From Azolla caroliniana (taxonomy: Eukaryota; Plantae; Polypodiophyta): 64,000 nt of DNA. Positions 24,308 through 37,300 of this stretch are shown here, piece after piece. Location: contig JBHGNT010000015.1 in NCBI GenBank assembly GCA_043228905.1, forward strand, positions 5,766,001-5,830,000, given 5' to 3'. The first letter of the stretch is position 1, and the number at the start of each line of letters is the position of its first letter. The notes under the pieces are model-generated. The model ran no database searches and was not told the DNA's origin. It saw only the letters and a list, made by a program, of their open reading frames with translations. A program made the position numbers and the translations under genes.

Positions 24308-24371
24308 GTGGGGACTTATGATTGCTCGGACTATTTGTGCCCCACGCTTCAATAGTGCGCTCTAAAAATCC
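24308..24371 (-). other. Putative -1 ribosomal frameshift cassette
   Basis: G GAT TTT TAG followed by a stem and pseudoknot. The downstream ORF is in the -1 frame. Conserved at 38337-38400. Confidence 0.7.
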
Positions 24372-26577
24372 GAGGATTCGCCTCCAAGGCTATCTCGGTT
24401 CCTTTCGTGATTAGCCCTCACCGTAAGGAATTGAACAGATCTTTGATTGTCAAGGCTCTTGACTTGCGTGAAGGCTGCTCCAGTATCAAACACGTTAGAC
24501 TCCATCCAGGACGACGTGATATATGGTTGTCCTAGGATGACGGGATGTGAAGCCGAGTCTTGCACGAAGAAGTGTTGATCCATCTCCACATCTCCGATCG
24601 TGACTTTAACGTTGGGGCAAGCTCCGTACAAGTTTTCTATGGCCTTCGTTGCCGCTCGTATCTTCCATCCGTGGTTTGTGTTGATCGGCCATCTTCCTTT
24701 CTTGTAGAATTCGGCTGACATGAGGTTGATCTCCGAACCATGGTCAATCAAGGCTACCACGGTCTCCTTCTTCTCTCCGATCCTCACCGGCGTCTCCGTT
24801 GTCGGTCTTGCCCAATGAGGCCGAGAGTAATGGCTGTCCGCCATCACTTCTTCTTCCTCCTCCTCTTCGGATCTTGCCATGGTTATGGCACTTGTTTTCA
24901 CCTCTTCTTCATCCGATTGTTGCCGCTTCCGCTTAATCAAGTCCACGATAGTATCGTGGAACTCCTTCTTAGCGATCCCAAGTAGCTCTCTCAAAGTAAG
25001 GTCGACATGACTGTCTAAAACCTTCTCCTCAAGGACCTTCCGCAAGTTGGTTGTTTGTTCTATATCTGACCTTAGCTTGTAAGTCGGCGCCACTCGTTCC
25101 TTTCCTTTCTTCATAGATTCATCGACTTCCATCGGAGAAGGTTGGCTCGATCCACAAGGCTTCATGCTTGTTTCTCCTATCTCTTTTCGTGGCGTAGGTT
25201 GGGCTTGTCCTTCTTTCCCTGCATTCCTTGTATTGGGACACTTTGAGGTGCCATCTTCTTCACCGGTTCTTTTCCTCTTCTCTTCGACAAGAGCCTCATA
25301 GTTGTCACACACAACCTTCCCAAAGCTTGTGTTATCGTCGACTGGATCCGACCATCCGGTTACTCGTCGCACATTCCGATCAGCATGTTTGAGATCCTCC
25401 AAATATATTTTTCCTTTCTTTTCACACTCGAATACCGTTGGCCAAAACCCAACTCCCGGCTTGATCGTCTTTAGATTCTCTCTTTCGACTCGTATTCCCG
25501 CCAATGCGGCGTAGTGCATGGCTTACACATGCCTTGCATCTTCCTCTTCCACGGTCTTTTTCAGCCCGCCTCTTCTGAAGTTCACTCGTAGTGGCTTTCG
25601 GGTCTCACTCGAGTGGATCATGTTGCCATCCAAATAGACGACATTCTTGCGAATCGCGTCTTGCAAGTCAGTGCACTCCCTTCGCGATTGTTCGAAATTG
25701 TCGCACACCACACATCTATACGCTTCTTTTCCCTTCGGCCCGTGTCGACCTAAGTTGGCCAGCAATACCGCTTCAAACTTCCTGGAGAGCTCTTCGATTA
25801 TAGATTCCTCCATCACTTTCTTGTCGAAATTGTTTATCGGCTTGTTAGACTCAATCGTCATAGGTGCCTTCCTCCTCCACGATTGTGGATTCTCCATATT
25901 AGTTTCCTCTTGCCATTGTCGACGTTTATCAAGACGTCTACAAGCCTTCTTCACCGCCGCCTAGTCTGCTACCAAGCCATTTGGTTGTGTTTCATCCTCC
26001 AAAAAGTTACCCAATTCACGCCGATCTTTCGCATCCACTGCCTTCAGGAATAGTAGGACTTTATCTCCATCGAGAACTCGTTGATCAACACTCGGAAGTC
26101 GGTTATACTTCTGGTCGAATTCGGCATATAGTCGAGACGCACACATATTCTTCCCTTTCTTCTCGATCCAAGACATTAGCGTATGTCGAGTCATCCGCGA
26201 TGCGTCTTCAAGCATGTATTCGGCGAGAAGCGCCTTTTTGAACTGTGCCCAAGTTGCATGCTCGCTCTGGATCTCCATGATGCGCTCGCGGATCCGTGGT
26301 TCCACCACACGTTTGAAGCTAGAAATTTGTTTGAGATCGTTGACGTCCCCTTTGTTGCATCTCGTTCCAATAGGTAGCAAGAAAATCCATGATGCTCTTG
26401 CCACCAAATCGTCCAGCTATCTCGATCGTCTGATCAACTGCTTTGTCGATTAAAGCTTCTCGATCTGTCACCTTCAGCATGTATTCCACTACAGACACCA
26501 TACCTTTCGTTAATTCCTCTCCTTGAGTTTCGCTTGTTGAAGCCATTGTTGCACTTGATATCCTTCCTACCGCCTCT

Positions 26578-26595
26578 TTCACGTCGGGTTCACCA
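26578..26595 (-). promoter_or_regulatory. tRNA-Trp PBS
   Basis: + strand reads TTCACGTCGGGTTCACCA, matching the plant tRNA-Trp 3' end as I recall it. Lies 8 nt from the LTR. Confidence 0.85.
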
Positions 26596-27269
26596 CTTAA
26601 TTATATCGTGAAAATCCGTCACTATGTGTGGATCGTGAGACGGAACCGCCGGGGTTCTGGACTAGAAGGATTTAATGCAACACGTACAACACAAGCAAGT
26701 TTAAAGCATAAAACAAGTGAGAGAGACAAATCATTAGTTTATTGCAAAGAAAATCGATTCTTTATAATTTCAGAATCGTGTTACAATGGGTTGGGTATGG
26801 AAATGAGAGATTAATTTTTCAAAGAAAGGAGCCAACAACCATTCAATGAGTGGTCTGATATGAATACAAGAGATAATTTTTGATGAGAAAGATCGAGTAA
26901 ACAAAGCTAGGAGTTTGATATCAATATGTGAGATAATTTGTTTCTCGAATCCGAGAGGGAAGAAGAAAGAAGGGGGAAAAGAAAAAAACCAAGGAGGGAA
27001 AAAATGGGACATATATCGAGCTCCTTGTTGCTTCTCCTCCCCAATGTTACTTTGCATGCCCACTTTTAGTTCGCTGGCCTCTAATTTCCGTTGCATGACC
27101 TCTGCTTTTAGTTGCATGCTTCCATTTTTAGATGCATGCCTTTAACTTTTAGTTGCATGGCCCTTGCTTTTGGTTGCATGCGACTGTCTTTATAATTCGG
27201 CCAAATGACACAATCATCCATAAAGTTTAGCCCGTGCGCAATTCGTACGTGCATCGCAACCAAACCGTA

Positions 27270-27745
27270 GACGCGTCTGCGCGCAAAAGTCCCGATCGCG
27301 TAAGGTATGCATCCACGCGTGTCCAACCCGCACCGCGTACGCATCCACGCGCAAAAATCTTGACCGCGCCGTAGTGTACGCATCCACGCATGCCCGTGCG
27401 TCCAACCCGCATTGTGTATGCATCCGCGTGCAAAAATCTCGACCGCACCGTAGTGTACACATCTGCGCGCAAAAATCTCGCACACGCCGTAGCGTACGCA
27501 TCCACGCATGCGCGCGCGTCCAACCCGTACCGTGTATTCATCCGCGCGCAAAAATCTCGACCACGCCGTAGTGTACGCATCCACGCATGCACGCGTGTGC
27601 ACACACGCGTCTGCGTGCTCATCCGCACATACGCGTCCGTCCGAAGACATCCATGCGCGCGTACGTCCGAAAACATCCACGCAGCCATGCACACGCGTGA
27701 ACTTCTAGTCGTGCATACACGCATATTGCCCGAAGCGTGCACACC
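27270..27745. repeat. CpG-rich alternating purine/pyrimidine tandem array in Gypsy-2 LTR
   Basis: Repeated GTACGCATCCACGCATGC..GCGCAAAAATCTCGACC units. Variants at 20480-20765 and 41255-41620. Confidence 0.88.
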
Positions 27746-28752
27746 ACCCAATGTAGCCCAAGTCACCTTGGACATTTTGTGCTCCACATATTGATAAAAT
27801 GAATATGTTTTGGTTTCCGTTATATATTCTGGGTTCCAATGTTGTCCTATCTATGTGGGATATCTCACAGTTTTGTCTTTTCTTTTCTTTTCTTCAAACT
27901 TCACACTCATATAACTTGATACTTGTTTATCCGTTTTATGCGTAGTAAAATACGCTATAAAGCTCTTGAACACATCTATCTTTCCATATCAGTAGATTAA
28001 GCTAATCGTAAATAATTATTTTACTAGTTTTCATATCGTGTGTGAAAAACCACACGACAACGTACCACACCTCGTCTGATTTCGGGGTGATCTTCTTCAT
28101 CGAGTTTGCTTCGTGTCTCATCACGAAGGCTGATCCTCTTTCGGCTTTTCCTTATCCTTCGGCGTAGTGCGATCGCTGCCGATTTCCTTTGTTAATCTGT
28201 CTGGAACCTTATCCGAACCCTGTTCTCTCCCAATCGGCGCACTTTTTTTAGCACACGCTCTCCCTATCACCTTTCTTGTCATAGTACCAGCATTCTGTGG
28301 CGGATTTCCCTTGCCGGTTCTCATCGCCTCGACTCCCCCTGTTTCCGGAGGGTCCAGAATTGCTGTCGGCATCACTTCGGTGCCTTCTTCCTTGATCCCG
28401 TCGGCCACCTCCATTGCGCAATGACTCGCCTCGTCTGCCAGGACCACGAGGCCTATCTCCCTCCGTGTACAACATCTTGCTATCGGTGTGCGTGCTCGTC
28501 GACGCAGTCGTGTGGTTCTCCTCTATAAGTAGAATTGATTGTAGGTCGAAAAACGACGACGTATTCTCCTGTGTACACACAACCTTTCGGAATGCTCCGA
28601 ACTTCGATGCCAATCCCCCGAGACAGATCTGCACAATTTTGCCTTCCTCGACGTTCATATCGATAGAGGATAAGGAGTCGCATATCTCTTTGATCTTTGA
28701 GGTGTAATCAATCACCAACAAGTCGCGTTGTCGTAGGTGTAATCAGTCACCA

Positions 28753-29817
28753 ACAAGCTCAACATTCGTGCGTAATACGATGCGTAACCCAATGTGTAGA
28801 GTGGGTGCGTAAATCGGTACGCATAACATGGCCGTATCAGTGCGTAAACTGGAAGGCCGTCAGTATGATATTCCTCGTAAGGAATAATTTTGGGAGTTAG
28901 TGTAGTAGGCTCGTTTATGAGCATTCTGAGAGGAATGCACGCTCCCTTTGCACAACACTTGGCCACAACCGAGTCTAAAATCAAACACAGAGAAAAACGG
29001 GTAATGAATGCACGACACAATGGAGAGAAGAGTACACAAGATGTTTACGTGGAAAACCCAAACACGGGAAAAATGACGGCAGTCCACTGACTGCTAACTA
29101 TCACTATGTAACAATATACAAAAGATGAACACAGAGGCAACAACCTCTTGTTCACTGTCTTCGCCACAAGCGGCGGTTACAACAGAGATACGAACTCTTC
29201 GTCTCTTTCTCTCTCTCGCTCTCTCTGTACATTGTTGCGCTCTAATCTTGCGCCAACAAGAATGACAACAACTCATACATTAAGTTTGCCCTAAGTCATA
29301 TTTATACTAATATGACTTTTCGGCTATTTACAAATATAGCCCCGATGGACTCTCAGAAACATATTTATGAATATGTCCCTTTATCCAGTGAGCACTCCTT
29401 ACCGGGCCTGCATCATCCGGCTCTTGCCGGGTACTCGTCATCCGGTTCTCACCGGGTCTTCCGTTGTCGGGTACTCCTCATCCGGTTCTCACTGGGTCTT
29501 CCGTTGCCGGGCACTCTACATCCGGAGGGACCTGTTTCCTAACACATTCAAGTACTGTCAGTACTTGTGTTAGCCCTATTGTCAGGGCTTGTATAAAAGG
29601 TGCTCACTGAGCACGATGTATATATAGAGTGAGTATTTTTTGAATTGAGTTTCTGTGTGTTCTCTCTCTGTGTCTCTCCCACGTATTGTGCATATTCAAG
29701 CTCTCCATTAAACTTGCGTATTTTCCGTGTTCAGTTCTCTATTGCTTCCCCACAGAATCTTCTTCATGGTATCAGAGCGCGAGGGTTGAGAACCTCTGCA
29801 GTTGACATAGCTTGATC
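28753..29817 (+). mobile_element. Bryco-like 5' LTR + iMet PBS + leader fragment
   Basis: Homologous to LTR 61540-61940. Ends at 29766, followed by TGGTATCAGAGC at 29767-29778. Confidence 0.88.
28927..29544 (-). mobile_element. Tork-like solo LTR, TSD CATTC
   Basis: TG...CA ends. CATTC at 28922-28926 and 29545-29549. Contains TTTACGTGGAAAACCC and CCGG-rich repeats at 29400-29525. Confidence 0.9.
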
Positions 29818-32164
29818 GAACTTCTCGAATATTCCAAAGAGTTGGCCAAAGTTTGACTTTCTTGATACGAGAAGGATCAATTTCAACTCCTCGTTTGGTT
29901 ATGAGATGTCCAAGATAAGTAATTGATTTCTTGAAGAACTCGCATTTTGAGATCTTCGTGTAAAACTGTTTGTCACGCAATGTTTGTAAAACAAAGCGGA
30001 CATGTTTAGCATGTTCTTCTAATGTACGACTATAAACTAAAATATCATCCAAGAAAATAACAACAAATTTTCCAAGTTGTTCTCGGAAAATGTCATCCAT
30101 TTCTTGTTGAAATGTGGCCGGAGCATTGGTCAAACCAAAAGGCATAACCAAAAATGCATAATGGCCATACCATGTAGAAATGCCATTTTAGGACCATCTT
30201 CCTTACTTATACGAATTTGATGGTAGCCCGTACGGAGATCAAGTTTCGTAAAATACTGAGCTCCCTGGAGACAGTCAATTAGATCGTCAGCCCGGGGCAA
30301 TGGATATGAATTCTTGATCGTCAGTTTATTCAAGCGTTGGTAATTAATATACATACGCCATGTGCCCTCTTTCTTTTTTACCAAGAGAACAGGTGCACCC
30401 CATGGAGATTTACTATAACGTATATAACCCATTCGTAAATAGTCCTTGAGTTTCTTAGATACCTCATCCTCTTTGGATCGATTTAAGCAATAAGGAGGTA
30501 TACTTATTGGTGCAACACCAGGTACAATATCTATACGATGCTCTATATTACGTTTAGGAGGTAACCTATGTGGTAGTTCACTTGGAAAAACATAACGAAA
30601 ATCATTTAAGATTTCATCGAGTTGTTGTTGTTCAAAATATGATAATTGACCCGAGATATTCTCAATATTATAAACGTGAATGTTCGGATCAAGTACACAA
30701 TAAAATAAAGAAGAACAAGACAACTCGGATATCAATGGAGAGGAAACAATCAAAAGAGATTGTTTGTTTATGCATTGAATAAAATGAGTACAATTGTTTA
30801 GTACAAAAGAAATGGATTGGTGAACCCAATCAATAGATAAAAAGGCGTTTTTATTAAAAAACCAGGGATAACCTAGTATTACATCAATGGTACGAAGATT
30901 CATTACATGGAAGTTTACTTCCTCTATATAAGCATCAATAGAAATTCCTAATGAATGAATCTCCCTGCTAATGTATTGTACACTCCCATCAGCCAAGTGC
31001 ATCTTATAGGTGTGATCACTTACGGTGGGTTGGATTCCTCATATTTGAACCAAATGATCATTCACAAAGTTGTGTGCACTTCCCAAATCAAATAAACATT
31101 GTATCGAGATCCATTGATACAGTCGTTTGTCCATTAAAATACCCATTTGCACACAGTAAATCATTGGGTCCCAATACATAGTGAGGGAAAGAACATTTAC
31201 AATTACTTAAATGATGTGTATAGACCCGAAGGACATTAGGAATCCGACCTTTATGGTCTGCAACTTTTGTTTTGTTGTCGTGCTCTTTCCGTTGGAGCTT
31301 TCGACATTGATCTTTTGTATGAGTTACCCTTCTTTTTGTTGAATACGCAAAAAGGATTTTGTCGCTTACATCACGATCCATGAATTTGTTGGGTGCCTTG
31401 CGTTTCCCAACGAATTGTGACTGCTTAGTCCTAGGCGCTTCGTTGGGTTTGTTATGGTCCTTCTTTGAAGTGCGTTGATAGCGAAGGACAATTTCAATGG
31501 CCTCCTTCAAGGATTTGGGATCCTTATCGTGCAGTATCCAATGATAGTCTGAATTGTGGATGCCATTGACAAAACAAGCTATTAACTAATTTCCCCCTTC
31601 TAGACCCGATTTTTGGATTTGGGTTCTAACATGGTGAACATAGTCTTCTAGCGAGGAAAATTTCCTACTAGAGAGGTTCATTAAAGCTTGTGCTGCCTCG
31701 GTTCGAGATGGAGGTTGCAGAAATTGGCCCTTGAAAACAGTGGCAAAATTTGTTCAAGTATCGGGCCCACACCACTAGGTGGCGGCCTTACCCCCTAGGT
31801 CTCGGTCGACATATGCAATCTTTGTACTATCTAGCTTGGGATAGAGCTCAAAATGAGACTCCCATCGGGCCAACCACATGTAGATTGCTTCTTTGGTTCT
31901 TTCCTTTTTTTCTCACGTAAATGGCTTTACGACAAATGATGGTTCACGTTGACGCTCATCGAGTTTATTAGTATCATGTTGTAAACTAATGACACGTGCC
32001 TCGAGAGCACTATGAGATTGCCGAAGTTCGGACATCGGATGCATGGTTGAAATAAGGGAATTTTGTATTTGTATCAAATACGAGTGAATGGGGATTGACC
32101 CAGGAGGATTTTCTTGAATTCCTTCCACTTGAGCGGATGACATCGGGTCGTTATTATGAGCCAT
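29818..32164 (-). mobile_element. Old chromovirus-type Gypsy remnant (gag-PR-RT)
   Basis: [45 protein letters not shown]. Confidence 0.88.
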
Positions 32165-34377
32165 TTAATGATAATGTTAATAATTAGGTAATTAAGCAAG
32201 GGTTAATTAGTACCTAATTATGTGATGAAGTTAAGAGGAAGAGAGAGAGAGAAGTACACTTATGATTAACACAAGATGGGGGATGATTAACTCTATATTA
32301 AATTAGCATCATCATCATCAAATACAAAAATACCCACAATGAGTTATATATAGATCTCATGTGCAAGGTTGGACATGTGTGAGGAGAATATAGGTACAAG
32401 GGTGTAAGTCCTATATTAAATGTACTTGGGAGTGGAGGATCTAGAATATCCCACTTAAGTATAAGGTCCTATTTAAGGCGTTACAGTCAACACTTCTAAC
32501 TAGATTCTATCTAGGTAACTACGAAGTTACATGGTTGACTAACTAACTAAACTAAGTTGAGCTTGATCTCTCAACATGCCCCCTCAAACCAAGTGTGAGG
32601 CGTCCGACATCCGGTTCTACTTTCGGCGTTGTCCGGCTTTCGATGTCGGCTTCTGTGCGGCTTTCGGCGTCGGTATTCTCGTGGCAGTTTCGGTTTCTCC
32701 CCCTCAAGCCTGTGACGGAGGCTTGGGTCGACTGCTTTCACCCATTGTGGATTACGAGCCACTTCTGTAGAGCTCTCAAGCTCTTGTTTGGCCGTTACCT
32801 TCATCGTGAAGGCCTAATGATGGGCCATGTACTTGTTGTAACCGAGCCGAGTGACGGGATTCTTCTTTCTAGAAGAACGTCGATGTTTTTCGTTTGCCGA
32901 TGTGAGCGCCTTCTTTACTCCGGGTGTTCGCGTGATGGGTACACCAAACTCACTGTCTAGTGAGGGAGCCGACACATCTGAATCACTATCGTTGGGGTGA
33001 TCGACTTCTTATTCGGGCATCTTACCTTTGCCTTTGTCCAAGGTCGTACTTGGACGCGATGTGCTTGGGTCGCGTGAAGGCTCGTGTGGTCCACTTCGCT
33101 CGGTAGAGCTTGGATGGTCCTTTGGTGAAGGGCTTGGCCAAATATCATCCTCTAGGTTGACGTTCAACTCTTCCTCGGTCGGGCCGGGTGGAGTTGAATT
33201 GGGCTTATACCATGATGCCGATTCGTCGAAGACTATGTCTCGACTCACCCAAACCGCTCGGGTCGAAGGGTTATAGCACTTTTATGCCTTCTTCTCAGAC
33301 GAGTATCCTAAGAGGACACATTTCTCCGACTTCACGTCGAGCTTCTGTCAGTTTTTGTTCGGGATGCGTACATTCGCAATGCTTCCGAACACCTTGAGGT
33401 GCGACAAGATTGGCTTCCTTCCGACAAGGAGCTCGTATGGAGTTAGCTCATGCACTCCATTGGAGGTGCATCGATTCATGAGATAGATGACCGTGGATGC
33501 CGCATCGGCCCAATAGAAGTTCGGCATGGGCTTCTCATGTAACATGGTCTGTACTACCTCGAGTATTTGACGATTCTTCCATTGGGAGACTCCATTTTGT
33601 TGGGGTGTGTGTTGGCATGAGAATTCTCTCCGAATGCCTTCACTTTGGAGGTAGGAGGTGAGTTCATCGGAGAAGTACTCCTTGCCTCCATCCGATCATA
33701 GGCATCGAATGTGCTGATTGGTTTCCTTTTTGACTTGGCCCTTGAGCTTTTGGAAGTGGGAGAACACTTCGCTCTTCTTCTTCATCGAAAAGATCCACGC
33801 GTAGTGTGAGTAGTCATCGATGAAGGTGACAATCGGCATCCTCCGTTCATCGGTGTTTGAGCTCTCCTTCGGGAATGGGAGTCAATGTTGTTTGCTGAGT
33901 TGGCATGCTTCGCATACTCGGTCGACTCAAATGTCGGAAGTCTGATGACGACTCCCTTTGTTTGCATCGCTCAAAGCTGTTGGAGGTTTATGTGCCCGAT
34001 TATTTTGTGCCACAACTCAATGCTAGTCTCGGTTCAAGACCTTTGGCATACATGGACGGTTTCACCTCGTTCGAATCGAGGATGAACATGCGACCATCTC
34101 TTCGTCCCTTGGTTTTGAGTCAGGCATCTTTCTCGATGAAACAACCTTCATTGTTGAAGCAGACTTGCATGCCTTGCTCCATGATTTGCACGACTGACAC
34201 CAAATTCTTCGTTATTGTGGGCACGTGCAAGACATTCTTGATGCAAGTTTGTTCGCCTTCTTTCCCGAATGGGACATTGCTGATGTGCTGAATGGGATGT
34301 GTGGTGTCGTCTCTCGTCTCTATGAAGCCGGGTCGGTCCGGCGTTCGTAAGTCATGGAACCACTCTTGGTGTGACGT

Positions 34378-37300
34378 TGTCGTGAAAATCCGTCACTATG
34401 TGCGGATCGTGAGACGGAACCGCGGGGGTTCTGAACTAGAAGGATTTAGAGCAACATGTACAACACAAGCAAGTTTTAAGCATAAGACAAGTGGGAGAGA
34501 CAAATCATTAGTTTATTGCAAAAGAAAATCGATTCTTTATCATTTTAGAATCATGTTACAATGGGTTGGGTATGGAAATGAGAGATTAATTTTTCAAAGA
34601 AAGGAGCCAACAACGATGCAAGGAGTGGTCCGATATGAATACGAGAGATAATTTTTTACTAGAAAGATCAAGTAAACAAAGCTAGGAGTTTGATATCAAT
34701 ATGTGAGATAATTTGTTTCTCGAATCCGAGAGGGAAGAAGAAGGAAGAAATAAAAACAAGGAGGGAAAAAATGGGACATATATCGAGCTCCTCGTTGCTC
34801 CTCCTCCCCAATGTTACTTTACATGCCCACTTTTACTTGGATGGCCTCTATTTTTAGTTGTATGGCCTCTGCTTTTAGTTGCATGCTTCCATTTTTAGAT
34901 GCATGCCTTTTACTTTTAGTTGCATGGCCTTGGCTTTTGGTTGCATGCGATTGTCCGTATAATTCGGCCAAATGACACAATCATCCATAAAGTTTAGCCC
35001 GTGCGCAATCCGTACGTGCGTCGCAACCAAACCGTAGACGCATCTGCAATTGATTCTTTTCCCTGCAATTGGCAACGCAAGTCGAGTTCCATCTAACTCC
35101 GCTCAAAAATAGGTTGCATTGCTTCCTATTTTCTTGACCATATACGGCCCAAACCATCGTTTTGGGAACTTTCGAGCAGTGCTATATTGATTATCGAGAC
35201 TACTATCATAGACAAGAACCCAATCTCCTTCTTCAATTTTTCTTTGTCGAAGACGATGCTTTCTATCAAAATTCTCCTTGTTCTTCAATCAAGATTAGCA
35301 CAACCGTTCTGTTGCCAACTCAACAGCTTCGGCCCTTCGTTCTAATTGTTGAATCCTCGTGGCTAGCAAGTCTTCCCGACTCATTTCCTCTTGCCATGGC
35401 AAAGACATCCACGAAGCAACACTTTGCTCAATAGGCATTATTGGTTTTTGTCCTAATATGAGTTCGGCGGGCATATATCCCGGAGTCGTGCTATGTGTAG
35501 TTCTATCTGCCCACAATGCATAAGGTAGTAATCGTGGCCAATTTCCTATCTTGCCGTCGCAAGTCTTTGCTAGAGCTTTTACAATTGGACTATGTCCTCG
35601 TTCCACCTTCCCATTTGCGTCCGGGTTGTATGCCATGGTGAGTGATAATTTGACGCCTATTCTTGAAAATAACTCTTTAGCTTCATCCGCATCTAATTCT
35701 CCCCTATCGGCCACTATTTTGCCGACACATCCGTATTGACAAATAACATCTTCAAGGAGAAACCTACAAACCACCGAAGTTGTTTTATTCCTTAGCGCCT
35801 GTACTTCTACTTGGTTGGTGAGATCCTCTCTTGCTAGCACGAGATATTTCATTTGGCCCAATTCCATTGGCATAACCACTATGTCTACGAACCACTTATA
35901 GTGCATTGATAATGGATATGTTGGATGAAGTTCATCCCTATGTTGAATATTCGAGTATAATTGGCATTGCTCACATGTTTCAACATAACTTGCTACATCT
36001 TTGTAAACACCCAGCCACCAATACTTCTCCTTGAGCTTTGCAAATGTTGCCCATATACCACGATGACCTGCCCAAACACTATCATGAAATTCAGCAATTA
36101 GTGTTTGTTGATCCTGTTTCTTGCACACCACCCGAAGTGGAGTTCCATTCTTCTTGTTCGAAAACTTCCAAAGATGTCCTTCTTTGAGGAAGAACTTGTA
36201 GGACTTCTTCCTAATTTGGTAGAAGTCTTCCTTTGACCATGATTCATCTTTTGTAAGAGAGCTTAAGTATTTGCCAATTTCGATGAATTCACCCTCATAA
36301 TCTTCTACTTTGAACACTGCTAGCACCCGAGCACAAGAAACCGTAAAAAAATTTAGGCCAACATCCTCTTTGTCGGAGTGCAAATCTTCTTCACCCTCAT
36401 ACCTCGCCCTTGACAACATATCGGCCACCACATTATGCTTTTCATTTATATGCCGAATCTCGGGGTTGAGGGGCTTGATATAGGCAATCCATCATAACAT
36501 AGCAATATCCGGTGTAGCACAACCGGATATCATTCCAAGAATAGGTAGACAGTCGGTTTCGATTATGACCTCTGTTCCTATAAGGTAGTCACGGTTTGTT
36601 TTAACCGCAGATACTATTCCCCATATCTCTCTCTTTACTTGAGCATACTTCCTTTGTTTTTCGGTTAACACCTTCGCACCGAATCGGATTGCATACCGAT
36701 TCTTTTCTTTGTCTTCTTGGTTTATCACCCATCCAATTCCGGTTGGGCTCGTATCCACCGTCACATATATCGGGGTACCATCGGTGTAGTTGGCTTTGCG
36801 CAGTGCTGGAGCTTCCAATCATAGTTTCTTTAGCTTTCGAATCGCATAGGTATGCTCATCTTCCCATTTGAACTTCTTCCTTTTCTTTAATAGTCCATAC
36901 AATGGTTCAACGACATGGGCATAATGTGGAATCTATATGTGATAGAATGCACATGCTCCCAAGAATCTTCGCACCTCCGTTTGAGAAACACATTCTTCTT
37001 TCATCTCTTGAATAACGTTCACCTTGGATGGAGATGGCTTCCGGCCATAAGACCCACATAAGTGTCCTACTACTAATATTTCTGGTTGACCGAATGCAGA
37101 CTTCTCTCCCGAAAACGTGAGATTTGCATCCTCAAGCTTTTGCAACACCTTCTCGCTATCCTTTATATGATCGATAACGAATCTTCGGCAACCATCGTCA
37201 TCTTTCGATTCATCTTTTTCTTCCACCAAGCATCCTTTGATTGGAATGTCATCTAAGAAGGGCATTGTGATATCAGGGATACAATCCCTCAACACTTTGT

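Larger units (their letters stand above)
20245..28059 (-). mobile_element. Gypsy-2a (Ylt1/Selgy-like, inferred), two LTRs, TSD ACGT
   Basis: LTRs 20245-21079 and 26604-28059. ACGT at 20241-20244 and 28060-28063. gag-PR (DHG), RT (DLYSGYDQ; core deleted near 23365), RH, IN (NGKVERGH, GPY). PPT 21080-21095. Confidence 0.93.
16204..28734 (-). mobile_element. Copia-C (Bryco-like), interrupted by Gypsy-2a and 5'-truncated
   Basis: 3' LTR 16204-16603, PPT, RH, RT, IN, then PR split at WYV|D. gag C-terminal part at 28064-28734. Confidence 0.9.

Noticed and set aside
26578-26595. tRNA-Trp gene
   Set aside because: Only the 3' 18 nt including CCA are present, next to an LTR, so it is a PBS.
27108-27794. 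Overlapping R/C/A/V-rich ORFs (also 20411-20859 and 41212-41797)
   Set aside because: Artefacts of the stop-poor CpG repeat array in the LTRs.
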